NCBI GenBank assembly: GCA_026770705.1
Contig: JANJGN010000023.1
Location: 26,660,001 to 26,724,000, forward strand
DNA from: Isurus oxyrinchus
Taxonomy: Eukaryota
Direction: 5' to 3'
Length of the DNA stretch: 64,000 bases
The first letter of the stretch is position 1; each line of letters opens with the position of its first letter. This document shows, piece by piece, positions 62,470 through 64,000 of the stretch. Made by a program: the position numbers and the translations under genes. Below the pieces are notes generated by a model that was given only the letters and a program-made list of their open reading frames with translations, searched no databases and was not told where the DNA came from.

Positions 62470-63280
62470 AAAAACTTACTTCAGTAAAGCACCTTTCGCA
62501 ACCTCAGGACATCCCAAGGCATTTTACATCCAATGAAGTACGTTTGGAGTGTAGTCACTGTCGTAATTTAGGAAATGCGACCGCCAAATTGTGCACAGCA
62601 AGCTACTACAGGCAGCGCTGCATTATTGACCTCATCACCTTTTTTTTAGTGACGTTGATTGAGGGATAGGTATTGACTTGGATACTGTGGAGGGCTCCTG
62701 TACTCTTGTTCCACACAGAATCGCACAGAATTGTTACAAAGCAGAAGAAGGTCATTTGGCTCATTGTGTCTACATTGGCTCTCCAAATGAGCATTTCACT
62801 GAGTACCATCTTCCTGCCTTCTCCCCATAACGCTGCACGTTCTTCCTTTTCAGGTGACAGTCCAATTCTCTTTTGAATGCTTCAATTGAACCTGCCTCTA
62901 CCACACTCTCAGGTAGTGCATTCCAGACCTTAACCACTCGCTGCGTGAAAAAGTTTTTTCTCGTGTCAGTTTTGCTTCTTTTGCCAATTACTTTAAATCT
63001 GTGCCCGCTCATTCTCGATCATTCCATGAGTGGGAACAGTTTCTCCCTATCTACTCTGCCCAGACTCCTCATGATATTGAAACAGGGGTTGAACAGGGTC
63101 ATGAGCTGTCCTGAGAGGACAAATAGGGCTTCAGTTTAACATCTCATCCAAGAGACAAACCCTTCAACAGTGCATCACTTTCTCAACATTGCATTGGCGT
63201 GTCAATCTAGAATTTGTACTCAAGCATTTGGAGTGGAGCTTGAACACACTCAAAGGTCAGACTGCTACCACTGAACAAAA
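62470..63280 (-). mobile_element. DeuSINE/SacSINE-like element split by a CR1 fragment
   Basis: Deu-like domain 62470-62710 and tRNA-like head 63105-63280 (GGAGTGGAGCTTGAAC = reverse B-box; CTACCACTGA = reverse A-box). Confidence 0.7.
62714..63080 (-). mobile_element. CR1 3' fragment
   Basis: Minus ORF 62770-63012 (GHRFKV..FFTQRVVKVWNALP..FKRELD). Confidence 0.88.
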
Positions 63281-63510
63281 CAGCTGAGACGAAACAAATG
63301 AGCTAACTAAATGCACTTGCTATTACATTGCAGCTGTCAATCATGCAAACAACTTCCAGGTCAGTGAGGGCAATTAAAGAACTTCCTGTACTTCAATATA
63401 GTTCAATATACACCTCTACCCACAAAAACATTTAATGAGCAACAAGGTCTACAATAGTTCAAGAGTTCAAATAATCACAAACATTGCTGGAACATCCAAT
63501 CCTTGTATGT

Positions 63511-63745
63511 AGAAAAACTCAGCAGGTCTGGCAGCATCGGCGGAGAAGAAAAGAGTTGACATTTCGAGTCCTCATGACCCTTCGACAGAACTTGAGTGGA
63601 CTCGAACTCAAGTTCTGTCGAAGGGTCATGAGGACTCGAAACGTCAACTCTTTTCTTCTCCGCCGATGCTGCTAGACCTGCTGAGTTTTTCCAGGTAATT
63701 CTGTTTTTGTTTTGGATTTCCAGCATCTGCAGTTTTTTTGTTTTT
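63511..63745. mobile_element. 235-bp fold-back insertion made only of Penelope pLTR sequence, with a hammerhead-like motif on each strand
   Basis: Arms 63512-63597 and 63606-63691 are near-perfect inverted repeats; motifs at 63554-63592 (-) and 63611-63649 (+); 13-bp TSD AATCCTTGTATGT (63498-63510, 63746-63758). Confidence 0.9.
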
Positions 63746-63783
63746 AATCCTTGTATGTGTTGTTCACTTGGCTTTATTCTATA

Positions 63784-63845
63784 GGGTTGATTTTAATTTC
63801 TTCCGCCTGGATCTGAATGAGGCGGTAATGGTTTGAAAATGGCCC
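63784..63845. mobile_element. Possible 62-bp micro-MITE
   Basis: GGGTTGATTTT / AAAATGGCCC ends; internal CCGCCT/AGGCGG hairpin; flanks ATA/ATC. Confidence 0.4.
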
Positions 63846-63859
63846 ATCGACATGCGAGC

Positions 63860-64000
63860 GTAAGAAATGGGAACAGGAGCAGGCGCTCGGCCTATTGATC
63901 TGCTCCGCCATTCAATAATTAGGGCTGATCTTCTACCTTAACTCCACTTTTCCACTTTATCCCCATATCCCTTAATCCTCCTAGTGCCCCAAAATCTAGC
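63860..64000 (-). mobile_element. CR1 3' UTR (continues beyond window)
   Basis: AGGAGCAGGC...GCTCCGCCATTCAATAA...GCTGATCTTCTACCT, similar to 9490-9570 and 46050-46130. Confidence 0.7.

Noticed and set aside
53680-63745. CRISPR-like or tRNA-like interpretation of the recurring ~130-bp repeat
   Set aside because: Copies are dispersed termini of Penelope elements, with no regular repeat-spacer period, cas genes or cloverleaf.

Overview
Repeat-dense vertebrate nuclear DNA, most likely a cartilaginous fish (inferred from the CR1, DeuSINE/SacSINE-like and Penelope repeat content). No host protein-coding gene can be confidently identified. The window holds three decayed Ty3/Gypsy LTR retrotransposons: a Gmr1-type element with integrase before RT (1-7971), a 3.1-kb gag-protease-only element (11507-14589) and a minus-strand full-length relic (23688-29220). 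It also contains many CR1-type LINE fragments, old SINEs, and more than a dozen PIF/Harbinger-type elements or MITEs (GGSC(A/T)G(A/G)ATTTT ends, 3-bp TSDs) that share internal hairpins. At 53446-60807 lies a nested Penelope-like (RT + GIY-YIG) complex. The most interesting signal is the Penelope pseudo-LTR system. It carries a minimal type-I hammerhead-ribozyme-like motif with a recurrent non-canonical core (CUGUYGA instead of CUGANGA) in 8 copies. The same pLTR also occurs as autonomous-looking ~220-235 bp fold-back insertions with 13-14 bp TSDs. All family assignments rest on motif recognition by eye; no database searches were run.
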